DNA of 64,000 bases from Octopus bimaculoides (lineage: Eukaryota). Location of the stretch: positions 96,651,082 to 96,715,081 of the forward strand of contig NC_068987.1 in the NCBI RefSeq assembly GCF_001194135.2, given 5' to 3'. Both the position numbers and the translations under genes were made by a program. The first letter of the stretch is position 1. Each line of letters begins with the position of its first letter. The notes under the pieces were generated by a model. It did not search any database, had not been told where the DNA came from, and was given only the letters and a program-made list of their open reading frames with translations. Shown piece after piece: positions 12,063 to 25,399 of the stretch.

Positions 12063-13037
12063 ATTTTCTCTGACCTTCAAGTTTAATTTGTTTATTATAT
12101 TTGAAATTGTATGTAAAATGATATTTATGTAACCATACTTATATTTGTTCTATAGAGTATACAAGAGGACACAGCAATACATCTTCAAATCAAAAACCTT
12201 CTCGGGAGTGTTTGTTGTATAACAAATCACAGATAATAATGCCTGCTGAAGGAGAAAAATGGAGTAAAGATATCATCTTGTTTTATATCCGCTTTCAATG
12301 CTGGTATGTGTTGAACATGCCATCACGGTCCAAGTCAGTTATTTGGAGTTACTGTTTTCAATGGGTCAGAGGAATGTGTCTCACCAATACTTTCTTATTT
12401 TTGATATTGTGCCTTTCCTAACACCAGCTATTTTATAGAATTTAAAAGAAACATTGAAGACACATCATATTACTGCAAAAAGTGTACATCTGCTCACAGA
12501 CGAAAGGAAAGAGTTACAACCAATCAGTTGTTTGATTGCTTTTATGCTCATGAGAAATTTCAGAAAAGTTTCATCATTGTTCAATGTCCTCCTTCCATGG
12601 GTTGGACAGTTTGACAGGATCTAGCCAGGCAGAAGACTGCATCATACTTGTGTGTCTGTTTTGGCAGTTTTTAATGGCTGGATACCCTTCCTAACACCAA
12701 CCACCCTACAGAGTAGGCCGAGTGCTTCTGTGGCACCAGCACAGGCAAGGTCAGTTTTGGCATGGTTTTTACAGCTGGATGCCCTTCCAAATGACAACCA
12801 CTTTATAGTGTGGGCTGGATGCTTTTTTTATTGAAATAAAAAGGCAGCTGCCACAATGAATTGGATCATTGTTGCTGCAAACACCCAGTACACTGTTAAG
12901 TGGTTGGCATGAGGAAAGGCATCCATGCCAAAACAGATCGCTTGAGCCTCTTGTAGCCCTCCAGTTTGCCAGCTCCTGTCAAACCATCCAATCCATGCCA
13001 GCATGGAAGACAGATGTTAAATGATTATGATGATGAT

Positions 13038-13510
13038 GGTGAGACAATCAATGAAGAATTTTACTTCAATGTCTTGAAGCATCTGAATAAAAGCAATGTG
13101 AAGGATGAGGCCTGAAACAAAGACAAACAAAATTTGGATACTGCACCATAACATACTTGTTCAGGTGTCATTCTTTATTTGAGGATTTTTGGCAAAGGCA
13201 TGAAGACTCTACAGCCCTTCCTAAAATCAACCATTCCAAGAGTGAAGCGGATGTCTTTTATGTGCCACTGATGGGGTCTGCTGAGTTTTAGTTCTCAATA
13301 CTGAAAGCTGTCTATTTCAGATGATAGATGTTGAAGAAAATCTATTACGGAGCTGTGCATTACACCAAAAAATTATTCCAGAATTGACAAAAATGTTGGG
13401 GGAAATGCATGAACAGTGAAAGAACTATTTTGAAAGAGACAAGCACGATTAAATCACAAGAAATGAATTCATGTTTTTTTTTAAAGATTAGTTTCTTTTT
13501 GGACAGACTT
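13038..13510 (+). mobile_element. Mariner transposase 3' remnant with right TIR
   Basis: Frameshifted GETINEEFYFNVLKHL..IWILHHN..FQN*QKCWGKCMNS..NYFERDK, followed by the gtttctttttggacagac mariner end. Confidence 0.7.
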
Positions 13511-14235
13511 TTAAAGTATGTGCATATGATTCTTACAAGATCTAGCTGAACACACATACAGGATGGTTAAGCATTGAAAAATCATTGAAATACACTTTGC
13601 CAAACCCAATGCGACCAAATACTCTTAAGAAAAAATACAAAACAAATAAGAACTGTCAATTAGCTTATTCTTAAATACATTACTAATGTAAATATTTTAT
13701 ACACCCATTAGAAATATGATGGAGTGTCTGTTGTCACTCAACATGCTATACATAGCAGCCTAATCTCTTCCAGAGCATACCCTTTCATCTAGAAAATAGG
13801 AAAGGCACACCAAATAATGTAATTTAGACACACTAGGAAAGAAAGAAATATTTAAATAGTTAGAAATGGAAAATGTTTCAGCCTTGATAATCCGGACATC
13901 ACAGGCCTGCTTAATTAGTGCTGGGCTGGTGTTAACCACCCAGTATGATTCTAATGCAGAAATGTATGGTGCTGAACTTAATAGATCTAATATCAAGCAA
14001 CTTAGCTTTACATAGACTGCAGGAACTCCATCACAGTGTTGAGAGAGGAACAACAAAAATACCCCTACTGCATAGAACACCATGTCAAGGCTATATCAGG
14101 CTAACTTTCGTGTTCAGAAAAACAAAGTTAGTAATGACTAGAGCAAGATTAGAGGGATCTCATTCTAAATTGTTACATTCCCATGCCTACTCAATTATTT
14201 CTTCTGTAATGAACTGCAGCATTTGATACACCATA

Positions 14236-14455
14236 TACGATGGGGTACTGAAAAGTTCTTGGTTTGAGGTAAAAGAAAATACAGGAGGGTCAGTTAATTA
14301 TATTTTTATTCATCACATTCTTCTCTCAGATTCACAAACTTGTTGCAGCAGTCCCTCAGCTTTTCTAAGCCCTGTAAAGAACTTGGAAGGTTGGGCCTCC
14401 AACTAGGCCTTTCACAATACCCTCAATGCCAGGAACTTTTCAGCACTCCTTTGTA
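14236..14455. mobile_element. Mariner-type MITE, second copy, TA at both ends
   Basis: Colinear with 6791-7007; TIRs contain ctgaaaagttc / gaacttttcag. Confidence 0.85.
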
Positions 14456-14632
14456 ATAAAATTCTTCAAGACAAGAACATGCTAGATATTCTCCAACTAT
14501 ACCGGAGATAAGTCAACAACAAATACTGAGTCTTCAGTTACACATAATAAATCCATAAACTCTGAGAGATTTGGTCTAGCACTACCATTTTAGCTATCAG
14601 CCTCATCCATTTAATTTATGATTTGTAACACA

Positions 14633-14990
14633 GACACAGGTATGGCTGTGTGGTAAGAAATCTGGTTCCCAACCATATGGTCTTCGATTCAGTCCCATTG
14701 CACAGTACCTTGAACAAGTGTTTTCCATTATAGCTTCAGGCCAACCAAAGTGGATGGATTTGATAGAAGGAAACTGAAAGGAGCTGGTCCTCTATGTGTG
14801 TGTGTGTGTGTGTCTTTGTGTTTGTCCCCACCAATGCTTGACAACTTATGTTAGTTTATGTCTTTCTGACTTAGTAGATCAGCAAAAGAGACTGATAGAA
14901 TAAGTACCAGGCTTCAATTAAGTGCTGGGGTCAATTTATTTGGCTACACCCTTCAAGGTGGTGCCCAAGCATGGCTGCAATCCACTGATA
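14633..14990 (+). mobile_element. tRNA-head SINE family A
   Basis: ggctgtgtggtaag A-box-like and gattcagtccc B-box-like head, followed by the family body. Confidence 0.8.
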
Positions 14991-16213
14991 TAAGAACACA
15001 AGCCAAAAATTTGTACAGAAGTGGAGTCTATAGTCAACTATTTCAATCTCAGTAGATAATTTATCAAATCCAAAGAGATTAAATGTAAAGTGAACCTTAG
15101 CCGGATTTGAACTCAGAACATAAAGGGAGACAACCCCAAAATACTTTCAATATATTTAATACAACACCCCAGTCTCAATATCTATATATTCTTCAAATTA
15201 ATATTAAAGCCCTACAAGGACAGTATCATCATCATCATCATCATCCAACGTCTGTTTTCCATGCTGGCATGGGTTGGAGGTTTGATAGGGACTGGCAAGG
15301 CCAGGGGCCATGCAATGTTCCACAGTGTTTGGCTTGGATTCTACGACTGGATGCCCTTCCTGATGTCAACCACTTTACAAAGTATACTGGTTGCTTTTTT
15401 TTACATGGCACCAGCATCCACACCAATGCTTTTTACATAGCAGCTTGGTTTTAGGATCTCAATGAATGATAGAAATGATAAGCTGCCACCCAAAGTGCCT
15501 TATAGTGTTTAATTATATACCTTAATGTTAACTCTGACTCCTGCTTTTCATATTTCAGATATTTTGCGATTCAATCAACTATGCACTCCTTTACAATTTG
15601 TGTTGACATGAGAAATCATTATTCAAATACTGAGGCTACATGTACCAAAAGAATAGCAGCTTTTTAAAAGCATGATAATATAAGTTATGGTGAAATGTTG
15701 TATAAAATTTCGATATGTTACACAAAGCATCATCAATGTGGCATGGAAGACGTGTTTTGATATGCAATGAGGTTATGGTTTAGTCAAGGCACATAATTTA
15801 CAATATATAGCAGATTAATACAGTGTTTTGATAGACAGGGTGGCAATAGTTATACAAAATAAAAGTATGTATGCATTTCTTATTATATATATGAGCATAT
15901 GCACAATTTTAAATAACTATTTAACATTTTCTATATGCATGCATTCTTGTAGACAAGTGTGTGTTTGTGTTTGTATGTTTCATAGATGAAAAATTGAATG
16001 TAGTCAGTATAATTTCAATATGTAACCATAGTCATCTGTACTATTGGAGTACGTTTTTAATCTAATGTTAGTGTATAGACATGAAGGCATATACAGTGTA
16101 TGTATGGAACATGGTCTGGTTGTTTCTGTAAATGGGGAATATATTCTTTACAGAATAAAGAAAATGAAACATAAATAGAACTTAAGCTAAATTAATGTCA
16201 AGTCAAAGGCACA

Positions 16214-17236
16214 TCATCTCTTCTTATACAAGCATGGCTTTAAGCTTAGAGAAATGTTCTGTTTTTCTTTTTTAGATTTTGAAGAATCTCTCATAAATTT
16301 CATTATCACAAACAGTTTGTAATTGGTAGTTGACAAATGTGAGAAACCCATTTTCTCAATTTCTCTCACAAAGTCAAGCTGTTTCTTGAATCGACTGACC
16401 ACTTCAGCAACTAGCAAGATACCTTTGTGTTTCAGTACCCGAGCAGCTTCAGCAATGTAGTCAACCATATTGGTACCCATCAAAGACAAACAAAAGACAG
16501 CTGTATCCATACTGGCAATCTTGAGTGGCACATGTGCCATATCACAAGCAGTGACATGTTTGTTCAAAGCCACAAGATCATATGAGAACACTTCATGTGG
16601 GACACTTTGTGCGAGCAGAGCCTCACCACAACCAAAGTCTACAACCTTTGATGAGCGTGGTGTCTGTCGTACATAATCAAGGATTTTTTCAAGAGGATTC
16701 ACAGGCCACTTTTTCACCTGACTTTGGAAACCACTGTGATATATTTTGAATGCTTCTTTGTCAGACTGGAAATAAATGTATGATTTCTGTCCAGTTTCAG
16801 TATATAATTTTTCATTTAAGTAACGGAACCTTGCAGCATTAAGTTTCTCTTGTAATTTATGAATGTGCTCAGCTTGTTTGTCTTTCTTCTCATCTTTTGA
16901 ACATTTTACACCCATTGCCAATTGTAATTTCTTTAAACTCTTTCCTTTGGGCAAATTTTTGCTTTTGCAAATCCCTTTGCTTTTCTTCAGAACAACGCTA
17001 TCGACCTTTTGATTTTGTTTTCTAATATCCTTCCATCTTTTCTTATTCTTGTTCTTTTCAGTTAGCTTCTTTGACGGAAGATATCTTGATAAGTTGGTGA
17101 TTTTAGATACAACTTCACTTGAACTGGCAGAAACTGATTTCTGAGAACTTGGTGCCTTTTTATGTATAATTTTCTTCTTTTTCCGACGTTTAGTTACAAA
17201 TGGATCAGGTATATCACTTTCACTAGATGAAGGCAT
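16214..17236 (-). CDS. RRP8: Ribosomal RNA-processing protein 8 (nucleomethylin), SAM-dependent rRNA adenine-N1 methyltransferase; single coding exon, 340 aa
   Basis: Family motifs ARFRYLNEKLYT, GFQSQVKKWPVNP, VVDFGCGEA, DLVALN..VTACDMAHVPL, AVFCLSLMGTN, EAARVLK..GILLVAEVVSRF and terminal KPCLYKKR. Lys-rich N-terminus; no stops or frameshifts. Confidence 0.97.
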   Translation of the reverse strand: MPSSSESDIPDPFVTKRRKKKKIIHKKAPSSQKSVSASSSEVVSKITNLSRYLPSKKLTEKNKNKKRWKDIRKQNQKVDSVVLKKSKGICKSKNLPKGKSLKKLQLAMGVKCSKDEKKDKQAEHIHKLQEKLNAARFRYLNEKLYTETGQKSYIYFQSDKEAFKIYHSGFQSQVKKWPVNPLEKILDYVRQTPRSSKVVDFGCGEALLAQSVPHEVFSYDLVALNKHVTACDMAHVPLKIASMDTAVFCLSLMGTNMVDYIAEAARVLKHKGILLVAEVVSRFKKQLDFVREIEKMGFSHLSTTNYKLFVIMKFMRDSSKSKKEKQNISLSLKPCLYKKR

Positions 17237-17242
17237 TATTAA

Positions 17243-17270
17243 CCTTGATTAAAAAAGAAAAAGTATTTTA
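17243..17270 (-). promoter_or_regulatory. Splice acceptor 7 nt upstream of the RRP8 ATG (5' leader intron)
   Basis: Minus strand tactttttcttttttaatcaag|GTTAATAATG; the AG is at plus 17244-17245. Confidence 0.65.
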
Positions 17271-20200
17271 ATAAACAATAAAGTCCAATTTAAATAACAA
17301 TATAATTGTTAAAACTGCAACAACAAAATAAAGATAAAATAGTTTTATCTTTTCCCTGTTTCAATCATCAGTCTGCAGTCATAATGGGGCACCACCTTGA
17401 ACAATTTTTAGTTGAATGAATCGACCCCAATACTTATTTTTTTNNNNNNNNNNNNNNNNNNNNNNNNNNNNNNNNNNNNNNNNNNNNNNNNNNNNNNNNN
17501 NNNNNNNNNNNNNNNNNNNNNNNNNNNNNNNNNNNNNNNNNNNNNNNNNNNNNNNNNNNNNNNNNNNNNNNNNNNNNNNNNNNNNNNNNNNNNNNNNNNN
17601 NNNNNNNNNNNNNNNNNNNNNNNNNNNNNNNNNNNNNNNNNNNNNNNNNNNNNNNNNNNNNNNNTAAATACACCAACTCTGTAGTGGTGATGAACAGACA
17701 TGAGCTTCTTTCAGTTTCTGTCTCCCAAATCCACTCACAAGGCTTTGGTCAGCTCAAAGTTGTAGTACAAAACATTTGCCTGAGTTTCCACAGTATGATC
17801 TGAACCCAGAGCCATGTGGCTGGGAAGCAAACGCCTTACCACACAGTCATGCCTGCGCCCAAAAAAAAAAAAGAATATATATAAATAACAGTTCCATCTT
17901 AGTGCAACGTTCTGGGGTTTCCTATTAAGATATACATGTGTTTCCATCGAGTTTTTTAATCCATATTTGTGTCACAATATCCAATACATATACACCTATT
18001 TCAATGGTTTTTAACAGGTTCAATCATCTGACTGTGGCTATATTGGACTACATCGGTTCTTCATCTATTTCATAAATATTAGTCAACCCTTAGTTATGGT
18101 AGAAGACAATAGCCCAAACAACTTGATTGCAAAACAAATTTCTTAATCACACACACACCTATCTCTTGTCACTGGACTGCAGCCATGCTGGGGCACCGCC
18201 TCGAAGGGTTCAGCCGAACCATCCCAGTATGTATTCTATCGGTCTCTTTTTCGAACAGCTTAAAGGGGATGTAAACAAACTAGCACCGGTTGTCAAGCAG
18301 TGATGGGACACGAACACAAAGACATACATTTAAGGAACCAACACAAAGGTGTCCTAACGTCGGTGATCGATTAATAGAAAACCAACCAAATCTCCATAAA
18401 ATCACACCCTCTTAACATCCACGGTGGTGCTCCAGCATGACCGCAGCCACTTGGCTGACACCCATAAATAAATAAATAAATAAATAAATACAGTGTAGCC
18501 CGGTAAACAATAAAGACGAGGCGGCTATGGTTGGAATGCCTTTCATCAGACAATCCTAACTCCTAATGAATCTACNNNNNNNNNNNNNNNNNNNNNNNNN
18601 NNNNNNNNNNNNNNNNNNNNNNNNNNNNNNNNNNNNNNNNNNNNNNNNNNNNNNNNNNNNNNNNNNNNNNNNNNNNNNNNNNNNNNNNNNNNNNNNNNNN
18701 NNNNNNNNNNNNNNNNNNNNNNNNNNNNNNNNNNNNNNNNNNNNNNNNNNNNNNNNNNNNNNNNNNNNNNNNNNNNNNNNNNNNNNNNNNNNNNNNNNNN
18801 NNNNNNNNNNNNNNNNNNNNNNNNNNNNGGGATTCCGTAAAAAAAAAAAATAAAACAAGGGGGGAAAGGTTCAGATTACATATAGTCCATCTGGACCGAA
18901 AAAAAAATTTACATTTGTAAACTGTAAGAGAATGGTAAAATGCAAAAGAGGAAATCAATAAAAATATAGAGGTATGCACAAGCCCCTTTATGATACATCG
19001 CACCAAGCGGACAATGGTATTGCTCTTTGAATTATTTTTGAGACAACCCCAAAAAACTCATTGCATTACCAAAAGAAAAAGAAAACAGTTGCCGACACCA
19101 AGTCAACCTTGCGGCGTCCATCCCTCGAAAGATGGATACAAATGCATTATAAGCTGGGATGTGAAACTTCACAACTTTTTGTTGTGGATTTTTTTTTTCT
19201 GTAACTCAACAAACACTTCACCAATTCCACAGTCGTTCCAATGAGAGTCGTCTTTCTGTGGTTGCTCAAACCGCTAGAAACAGTCAAATCTTCGAATTAT
19301 AATTTTATGAATGGCAGAAAACATTGCACAACATAGTCCTAGACGCAATATGTTTGAATAAAATTGAGTTTTGTAACGGCTTGAATGCCTTCTTTCAATC
19401 ATGTCTCCTTGATCAGAGAAGGTCTCTAGTTAACCAACAACTATGATATATGAAAGAAATTGTATACAGTGCTCAGATGCATTACAACAGCTCTCTTGTT
19501 TATACCCACGTGTAATTCTCGCACCGGAAATTAATGGTATATGCTGTAGCTATTTTACAATATGTTTCGTGTACAAAATATGGTGTTTAATTACCTGTCT
19601 TTTAAACTGTTCAACGATACAGTATCCAGAGACGATTAGGCGTGCGACTATTTCTAATTCTTACACGTTCGTGGCATAAACGTACTTCGAACACATTCAG
19701 TTTGTTCATTACTAATTACTTCTAGCGTAAAACACAAGGCCACAAATGTAGAGGAAGTGAAGTAGTCGAATGAATAAGCCTAAGTACTTAACGAAATTCG
19801 TAAAACTGATGTGCCGTGATAAAGAGTTGTTAAGTTATGAACAGAGCAATTGACAAATTATTCGAAAGCAAGCAGCAGGTACTTGTACGATGTGTAAAAA
19901 CGACCAAAAGATAACGGTGTAAAATTTTTAGTTGTCACCTTTCAAGTTTGTTTTTCTTTTGTCACAGTCAGAACCTCAAAAATATATGAAAAAAAGAAAT
20001 TAATGGAAAAGGATGCAAGAATTGCATTATTTTGGTTTCGTGGGGAAAAAAACACTGCTTGGGATCGAATGACGTGACGAAGGAAAAAAAAACTTTGAAG
20101 ATGGGACTGAAGATTTTACGCCGTTAAAATTAATACATTTTAGCTTCAAACCTTCAGGAATTCAGCAGAAACTTAATTCTAATGATTAACGACAAGAAGG

Positions 20201-20700
20201 AAAATAAAAAAAAAATACCATTTAAAAAAAAAATTAAGACCGTCTCAATATATGTGTTAACACAAAAACCTCTACTTAATACTGCTGGATTTTTTTTTCA
20301 CAAAATACACAATAAAAGGCTCATGCTAACTAAAATTAGAATGGAAAGAGTCTAAAGAAATAGGATAAAGGTTAAAGATCAGATGAGAATAACTGAATCA
20401 CTTTCCAAAATATGACTCACTACATTATGCCAGAAATCCGTTAGTTTTGAAATAATAATAATATATATATATATATATATATACAGCAGGATAGAGCTGT
20501 TGTGTTAGAGATCATAAGACCCCCTTTAAATGTTAACACAAAGAAATATCTAAGAAAATATTTTCGCACCATCTGTTCTTCAAATTCTTCAAACTTCCCG
20601 CCATGCTACATTTCTATTTTGGCAAGACTGCTACTTACTGCATAGGGCTACATTACACAATAAAAGCATTCATCTTAGAGTAAGAATGGTAATCATTTAC

Positions 20701-20930
20701 CTGCAATACCCGTGTAATAAGAAATATATTACAACACCATAAAAGTGGCCTCGCTTCTCCAACAACTCTATATGAAATATTTGTATATGTGGAGAAAAAA
20801 GTAACAAGAGATATGAAGTATTTTTGTGGTATTGTAGGGTTATCTCCCCTTTATTTAAACTTTCGCTCTCAAAGTTCAAGCAGGGGTAGAGAGGGCGGGA
20901 AGAGGTTAATGGATATAGGCCGGGAAAATT
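20701..20930 (-). other. Candidate RRP8 leader exon / promoter region
   Basis: GCAG|gtaaat donor at 20700/20701 (alternative gtaagt donor near 20638). GC-box-like gggcgggaag near 20893; CpG-retaining neighbourhood. Confidence 0.3.
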
Positions 20931-22443
20931 GTGTCAATGGGTTTTTTTTAAACTAAGTTGGCCTATCAACCTCGTCTGTCAGATTTGCGTGAATAGTTAT
21001 CCATTCTTACTACTCCTGTAATATATCATTTATTTATTGGTTGTTTTGTGGTTTCTTCGTTTACGATTCTTTTGTCAGTATTATGGCATTCTTTCCGTTC
21101 GTGATCTCAAAATGAAATAAATTTTAGTCCATAAGTCAGTAGTTTATACTTTACATGAAGCTTGAATCAAAATAAATGTTGAAGCGAATTTGAAGATTAT
21201 TATTTAATAATATTCGTTTACTAAATGTAATTTTTCCATGAAGCGAAAAATAACATATCAGCTCATGATATTTGTCTTAGAAATCTGGGGGGGGGGTAGT
21301 TTTGGCATATCTACAGAAATCCACACCTCCCCCTCCCGACTTTGTTTCCTCATAACTTCCAGAAAAAATTGGATATGTTTAATGACATTTTCTACAAGTA
21401 CGTTTCAGATGGTTTAGATTCCGATTATATTTGAATTTGTTGTGAAAACTTTTCCAAGGGTGGGGAGAAAGGTTTTGGAAAATTCAAACAAGTCAACTTT
21501 GTTTCCTCATAACTTTCAGAAAAATGAGTTAGAAGACCGAATAATTACATCACAATTTTGATGATTGGGATTCATATAAAAAAATATTGCTTAGCAACCA
21601 ATTTTTGAACGATCAACCATGACATCATGATACTAATTATGTTGACCTCCATGCTTTGGTGTGGATTATATCTTTTACTTGTTTCATTAGACAGTGGTCT
21701 ACCACCTTGAAGAATTTATGAAATTAATCAACCCCCCCCCCCAATACTTTTTTTTAAAGCTTCGTGCTTATTTTATTGTTCTCTTTTACCAAACCGCTAA
21801 GTTAAGGGAATGTAAATACACCAACACCAGTTGTCAAGTGGTGGTGGAGGAAACAAAAACACACACAAACATACATACATACAACAAGCTTCTTTCTGAC
21901 AAGGCTTTGGTCAGCCTGAGGATATAGTAGAAGGCACTTGAGCAAGGTGCCATGTTGTGAGGCTGATTCTGGAATCATGTGGTTGGGAAGCCAAGCCTGT
22001 ACCTATGGAAATAATTATGGTAATGAAATTGATGGATATGATGATGACTAAAAGTCACACCACTGGTAGCAAAATAATAGCCAACTCTCCTTCTTAATGA
22101 GGCAGGAAGCCAATTGAATATTGTTGCCATAAATAGTTAACCCCTTATATGGAAGTAGAACAAACTGCCATTATGTATAATCCATGCTTAGTTGGCCTGT
22201 AATTTACAACCTTTGATATACCTCCAAACATGTTTTACACCAGAAAATACATTTGATATAATTAGAATGTAGAAGAGACAATGTGTTCATGCCTGGATAG
22301 TTGGGATGTGTCGTATCCTTTCTTATTGCAAGTAATCAATGAAATCAAATAATTAAATATACAAAATTAAGCTTTCATTAACCCTAAGTTTAATTTAAGA
22401 GCCATAAAAGGATGGGCTTTTCATCTAAGCATATATATATATA

Positions 22444-23208
22444 CAGGGTACGGTGAATAAACTTGTCTATATTATGCAAAAAGGAAAATGACACTGACAT
22501 TTCATTTTAACAGATATATTTACCAAAATTACATAAAAATATCTTGAAATACTAAAGAGTAAATTTATTCAATGATATCACCATTGGCTTTGACCGTGGC
22601 CTCCAGACAACTTCAGAAGCTCCTGCAACTCTTCTGGACGGTCTCCTTGTTTAAGTTGGTGAATGCTGCCATAAGCCTTGCCTTCAGTCCATCTTTGGTG
22701 CTATAAGGAGTTTTGTTGGTCTTTTGCTCAGCTGTGCCCCACACATAATAATCAAGGGGTTTGCATTCTGAGAAGTTAGATGGCCAGATGTTAGGGGTGA
22801 TGTGGTCACAGAAATTGTCTGACAGCCATGACTGGGTTCTCCTGTTTGTGTGACATGGCGCAGAGTCCTGTTGCCAGACACAGGGTCTTCCAGCAGCCAC
22901 CCTCTTGACCCAGGGCAGCATTACCTCTTCTAGGCACTTGATGTAGGCCTTTGTGTTGTGTCTGAGGCTGTGTGGGAAGATGAATGGAGGCATAACATCA
23001 TGGTAGTGGAGCTTCTGGTGCGAATGCCAAGCAGTACCGTATGTCTTTTCCAAATTTCTGGCAGAATGAATTGTGTCAGGTTGCTGTTTTTCTCACAGAC
23101 AATACCCAACTGACCCTACTATACTGTGTAGTCAACAAAATCAAAAACAAACAATGCATATACACAAAATTAAAACTATAAAATGGTGACAATTTACCAT
23201 TACACCCC

Positions 23209-23209
<1 letters not shown>
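22444..23209 (-). mobile_element. Internally deleted Tc1/mariner element of DD37D (maT) type
   Basis: ORF 22613-23053 contains WQQDSAPCH...WPSN...PLDYYVWG with 37 residues between the second and third Asp. Ends TA-CAGGGT and ACCCCG-TA; the first Asp region is missing. Confidence 0.9.

Positions 23210-23258
<49 letters not shown>
23210..23258. repeat. (TA)n microsatellite abutting the maT end
   Basis: Direct reading. Confidence 0.98.
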
Positions 23259-23261
<3 letters not shown>

Positions 23262-24085
23262 GTATTGATAAATAGCCTGTATCTTGTATGAGAATCAGTT
23301 AAGTAATGAGGGGTTAATGGGCAACATACATAAGTATATACAGTATACATAATAGACTGGCAGGAACAAACTAACAAGATATAAATACTGTGAGATTATA
23401 GAGGTACCACTGAAGGCTGTATCTTCATGTAGTATATGTAATTTAGCTTGAAGTAACCTATCCTTTTCAAAGCTATATTCAAAGTTGAAATCAATACAGC
23501 AAACTAACAAAGCATTCATCACTTGCTCCCACAGCATATTATATATTGGAACATTGAGTATTCTGTTGTTTATATATACATCATTGTGAAGCGGAAAGAA
23601 TATGAAATGTTACCTGTGATTCTTGGAGAAGTATTATTTGGACACCAAATCCTTTCATGTCTTCAGTATCTCTTTGAATGACCTATACCTTCATTTGTCC
23701 TCAAGCTCTTCATTTCCTTATTCAATGTCTTACCACTGCTGAAGCTGTTGTTATTTAAGTTCCAGGTTGTCTCTGACAGAGTAGACCTGTGATCAAAGAC
23801 ATTCAAAATGTGAGCATGGCATCTTTTTAAGAGACATATTGAACTACTTTGACCAGTGTTCCCTTCCTATTTTTTAATGATAGCAATATGTGATTGGAGG
23901 GCAATCTGACTGCTATTTCTAGCATGTTGAACTATATAGAAGCACCCCATTGGCTAGTTGTCTTCCTACTGATCCCAACAAGTAGTTCTTTTGTTAGTCT
24001 TTTCATAAGGACAGAAATCTCTAACCCATTCATATTTCTTGTTCAGTAACCTCTTTGTTGTGTACATGCCAAATGGTTTTATTCT

Positions 24086-24537
24086 TTTATTGTTTTATTC
24101 TTTTACTTCTTTCAGTCAGATGACTGCAGCCCTGCTGGAGCACTGCCTTGAAGGGTTTTAGTCAAACAAATCAACCCCAGGACTTATTTTTTAAGCCTAA
24201 TACTTATTCTAGCGGTCTCTTTTGCTGAACTGCTAAGTTATGGGGACATAAACATACCAACATTGGTTGTCCAGCAGTGATGGAGGAGGACAAACACAGA
24301 CACACACACACACACGTGCATGCACGAACGCACATGCATGCACGAACGCACGTGCGGGCGCATGTGCATACACACACACACACGACAAGCTTCTTTTAGT
24401 TTTCATCTACCAAATCCACTCACAAGGCTTTGTTCAGCCTGAGGCTATAGTAGAAGACACTCACCCAAGGTACCATGCAGTGGGACTGAACCCAGCACAA
24501 TGTAGTTGGAAAGCAAGCTTCTTACCACACAGCCATA
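24086..24537 (-). mobile_element. tRNA-head SINE family A
   Basis: Reverse complement of the family consensus, with expanded central CA/TG tract. Confidence 0.85.
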
Positions 24538-25399
24538 CCAATTAACTACAGGACAGCATGCTTATAGACTGTAAGATCAGATCCATTAAATCCTTTGCCT
24601 GTGTTTGAGCTTCTCAGCAAAATAAATCATTCTATATAACCTCACAACAGCTGGCTCTTAAAATAGTACAAGGTCATTTTGGAATGTTATTTTTGATATA
24701 GTAGAATCCAATCTATGTGGGAACTGGTAGAATGATTAAAGCATCAGACAAAATAGCTTGTATTATTCAGTTAGAACGCCCTGTTCTGAGTTCAAATGCT
24801 GTCAAGGTCATCTTTGCCCTTCATCCTTCCAGGGCTCAAAAAAATGAAATGTGATTGATTAGATATTCTTATAATGCATTCTAAATGTAAATGTAAGACT
24901 AAGCAATTTATCTCCCCTACAGTTAACAATATAAAAAAAGATAAATCCTAGTCAGTCATTAATTGCCCTTTAAGGTTCATGAGACATTTCCAACTGTGTT
25001 TTTTTCCTATTCATTGATTCTTGTAAATAAATTATTCATCTGCCTGTATCCCAACCATGGCATTTATATATTACACTATTACCCTGCCATGTTGCTAGCT
25101 TTTTCTTCATCATCTTCTCCCTCTTCTAGAGATCTGATTAGAAGCTTGTCATATCATTTTGTCCTTTAGGAATGTCTTAACTGTCTTCTCCTGTATTTAT
25201 TTAACACACTATACATATTCTCTTTCACTATTATTAGTCATTGTATTAAGGTGGTGAGCTGACAGAGTCGTTAGCCAACTGGAAAAAGTGCTTCAGGGCA
25301 TTTCATCCATCCTTATGTTCTACATTCAAATTCCACCAAGGTTGACTTTGCTTTTTATCTTTTTTGGGGGGGTCAATGAAACAAGTACCAGTTATGCAC

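Noticed and set aside
13760-14083. 107-aa minus ORF with a signal-peptide-like start
   Set aside because: No family motifs or splice support; consistent with chance or old repeat-derived sequence.
15559-15670. Strong plus-strand acceptor as a terminal exon
   Set aside because: All frames stop within about 110 nt, no upstream partner exon was found, and it lies near the expected RRP8 3' UTR on the other strand.
17379-19006. Long ORFs in the track across N-runs (also 30134-30385 and 46805-47175)
   Set aside because: Artefacts of translating assembly gaps.
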